DNA of 64,000 bases from the NCBI GenBank assembly GCA_040954595.2, contig JBECUI020000036.1:106860-170859 (forward strand). The letters run 5' to 3'. Below are positions 61,301-64,000 of the stretch, in pieces. The notes beneath the pieces were generated by a model. It made no database searches and was not told where the DNA came from. It worked only from the letters and a program-made list of their open reading frames with translations. The number at the start of each line of letters is the position of its first letter. Position 1 is the stretch's first letter. The translations under genes and the position numbers were made by a program. Source of the DNA: Balanoglossus misakiensis (Eukaryota > Animalia > Hemichordata).

Positions 61301-64000
61301 TCGGAGCAACGGAGTAATCAGCATCAGCATACAAACACCCACGGTGAGTACCGTAGATGTAGGCAGTACTCTCACACTTACCGCAGACCTAACGGTAGAG
61401 AACCTCGATGTCAACGATCCGATCAGAACCGTGCAGTGGGAAAGTAGTGATCCGGCAATAGCAACAGTAACAACAGGAACAGCAACAATCAATGGAATAG
61501 TAACCGGTGTTATGGAGGGAAATGTCAGTATAACCGCTGTGGTTGATACCGATAAACGAAGTGCTCCGGTACTCATTACCGTACGAAAAGCACCGATACC
61601 GGGAGCGCTTTTGTATACCATCTCAGAATCACCTATCTACCTCCTCCTTGGGAAAGATTATAACCCAACGATAACCGATACCCCTGACCCCTTGACCTAT
61701 ACTATTGAAGTAACAACGGTAGTAGGAGGCGGAACGGTTACGGTATCGGAGGGATTCAGTATCAATGAAGATACGGGAATCATTACTGTAGCAAATACGG
61801 TGTCGGCTGGAACCTATACCATGCGTGTTACTGCAAGATCATCGGATTATCGAGGAGAACTAAGCACTGAAGCAACCTGTACGGTCTTACCACAGCCATT
61901 AAGTGGTGTAGAGAATGTCAACTACGGAAGCAGTACATTAGAAACAGTGCGAACGACGACTGCAACATTTCCGTTGAGTACCACTATATTAACGAATGAA
62001 ATTGGCCTAGACTATAGTATTGCCCCTGCTGTACAGGGCATTAGTATTAATACCGATACGGGAACAATAACAGTCGATAACACGGTTGATGAGGGAAGTT
62101 ATGCGCATACGATAACAGTAAGTCCGGGAACAAATCCCAATTTTAGTAACAGTCTGGATATTTCGGTAACGATTGAAGTTATTAATCCGGTTCTTTATGG
62201 TAATTTGTTCTATCAGGGGATGCTCCTGTCGATAGCAGGACTGAGTCGAGAGTATGAAGTGAGTGCAAGCGATCTTCCCGGAACAACGGATACAACAGCC
62301 CTATCCTATACCCTTGCAGTAACACAAGGCGGCAGTAGCGTCCTTGGGTTCAGCATCAATAACATTGAAGGGGACGCAAAGCGGGGGGCAATAACTGTAG
62401 AAAGTACGGTTCCGATTGGAGAATATGACGCATTGGTAACTGCATCACTAGACGGATATAGCGGAACGATAGCAACAACAATAACACTCTCTGTGATTGA
62501 TCAAGCACTCGATTATGGGTCAGTGCATATCGTGCGTCCCGGAGTAGAGACACGCATCCCGATTTATAGACTAGCAGTTCCTGCTATAGCCTTCACTGGT
62601 ATAAGTGGGGAAATAAGCGTTGATGGAGTAAGCGGCGAAATTATTGTCGGAGCAGGCATTACCGTTGGAGAATACCAGATAACGGTGAGTGCAACGGACG
62701 GCACCGACTCCTGGAATACAGATGTTACGATACATGTTCAAGCACAGCAAAATACATTTCCCTATAAGCCGGATATGGAAGCCGAAGAACAAGGATATTT
62801 CGCTTTGGGTGATCTGGACAACCCCTTCCTATTTTTGACCAATAAGGATGATGAAACAGGCTTGAGTGGGAGTATTACCATTCGAGATGCGGCAACGAAT
62901 CGTATTGTATACGATACCAGTAGTGCAACAATAACAGCGGGAACGGATAATGCCGGCACGGCAATTGTGGGCATAGGACCGGATATGACATATCAACAAT
63001 TTGCGGCAGTAACCGGGAACGAAATGAGCATAGCAGTTGAACTGAGAGACGGAACAACAACCGAACGACAGCTTGTTACCAAGAACAGACGGGCCAAAGA
63101 AGAAATTCATACATGGCGTGATTTACAAGGAATAGAGCATAATCTCGATGGGGACTATACCTTGAAGAAGGATATCACTATTCCGGATGCGGGGGGATAC
63201 GGGTTCTCGACCTTTGTTCCAATAGGGGATGCAAGCAATCCCTTTACCGGCAGCTTGGTTGGGACAAGTGCTACGGGAGAACACACCATTGATAAACTCT
63301 ACATCGATATTGATACGAGATTGATCGGGCTCTTTGGACGAATAGAGGAGGGGAGCGTAGAAGATATTATCTTTACCGACCCCAATATTCGTATTGCAGG
63401 TGGTAGCACTGCTTCCGGCACAGTTGTAGGAGCAATGCAAAACGGGGTAATAAATAATGTTAGCGTACAACGAACAGCTACTGCTACCGGTAATGATGGA
63501 AAATTCCATCCTGGGGGAAGGTTTACTGGTGCTCAAAATATCGGGGGCATTGCGGGGAGGATATGGAATTCTATCATTACGAATGTTGATAGTTCTCTAA
63601 CGATTGATACGGATAGTCGATTAGGTGTCTGGGACAATGTTGGGGGACTAGTCGGAACGCAGGAAGCAGGAACGACATTGAATAATCAAAAAACAATGGT
63701 GCAGGGAAGAATGACTGGGAAAATACGCTTTGCAAACCAGTATATTGGTGGGCTTGTTGGAATAGCACGTGATATGGTTGTCGGTACTATGGCAGGCGAT
63801 ATACATAGTGCGCACTCCCGGATCGGAGGGATTGTTGGAAGAGCGGAAAGTGGATCAAATATTATTGGATATGCAGAGGAAATAACAGCTCTTTTCTTGG
63901 GTACCACGGACCATTCCGGTGGATTGGTTGGCATTATGAATGGCGGAACAGCTGTCGGTTATGTAACTGACACTGCAACCTCTGTTGGACATAGCGATTA
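58325..64000 (+). CDS. Giant surface lipoprotein (FnIII, Ig-like and GLUG repeats); two frameshifts; 3' end outside the window
   Basis: AAGGAG RBS and lipobox VLSC. Repeated WTAP..ITGL.P.T.Y FnIII motifs, W(A/E)S(D/S)(N/D)P Big_2-like motifs, SINxDTG.I repeats, FVPIG..FTGSL, and IGGIAG/VGGLVG motifs. Shifts at G6 (59594-59599) and A3 (60925-60927). The final frame appears open to 64000. Confidence 0.85.

Noticed and set aside
538-63934. Numerous short ORFs antisense to or overlapping the called genes
   Set aside because: Shadow ORFs with no motifs, lying opposite or within well-supported genes.

Overview
Bacterial chromosome segment, most likely from a spirochaete. This is inferred from gene content: a double cNMP-domain protein, murB next to an ECF sigma/anti-sigma pair, and spirochaete-style hypothetical proteins and lipoproteins. 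Bases 1-5030 are an accessory defence-like islet. On the minus strand it reads: Fic remnant, darT, darG (macrodomain type), a protein with 14 near-identical 37-aa TPRs plus a DUF2971-like domain, a 140-bp degenerate copy of the middle of darT, and an HATPase_c_4 remnant. Bases 5111-57263 are mostly housekeeping and transport genes: topA, glyA, murB, mgtE, slyD, metZ-like, hom, ogt, an adenylate cyclase, two tandem peptide ABC systems, tRNA-Ala(GGC), lspA, rlmE and radA. The window ends with a PD-(D/E)XK coiled-coil gene, a structured ~280-nt leader, and a >1,890-aa FnIII/Ig/GLUG surface lipoprotein that runs off the end. Seven single-base frameshifts, mostly in short homopolymers and one in essential murB, point to assembly indel errors. 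The best candidate for an undescribed system is the DarTG plus variable-TPR/DUF2971 cassette bracketed by darT direct repeats. All calls come from reading motifs by eye; no database searches were run.
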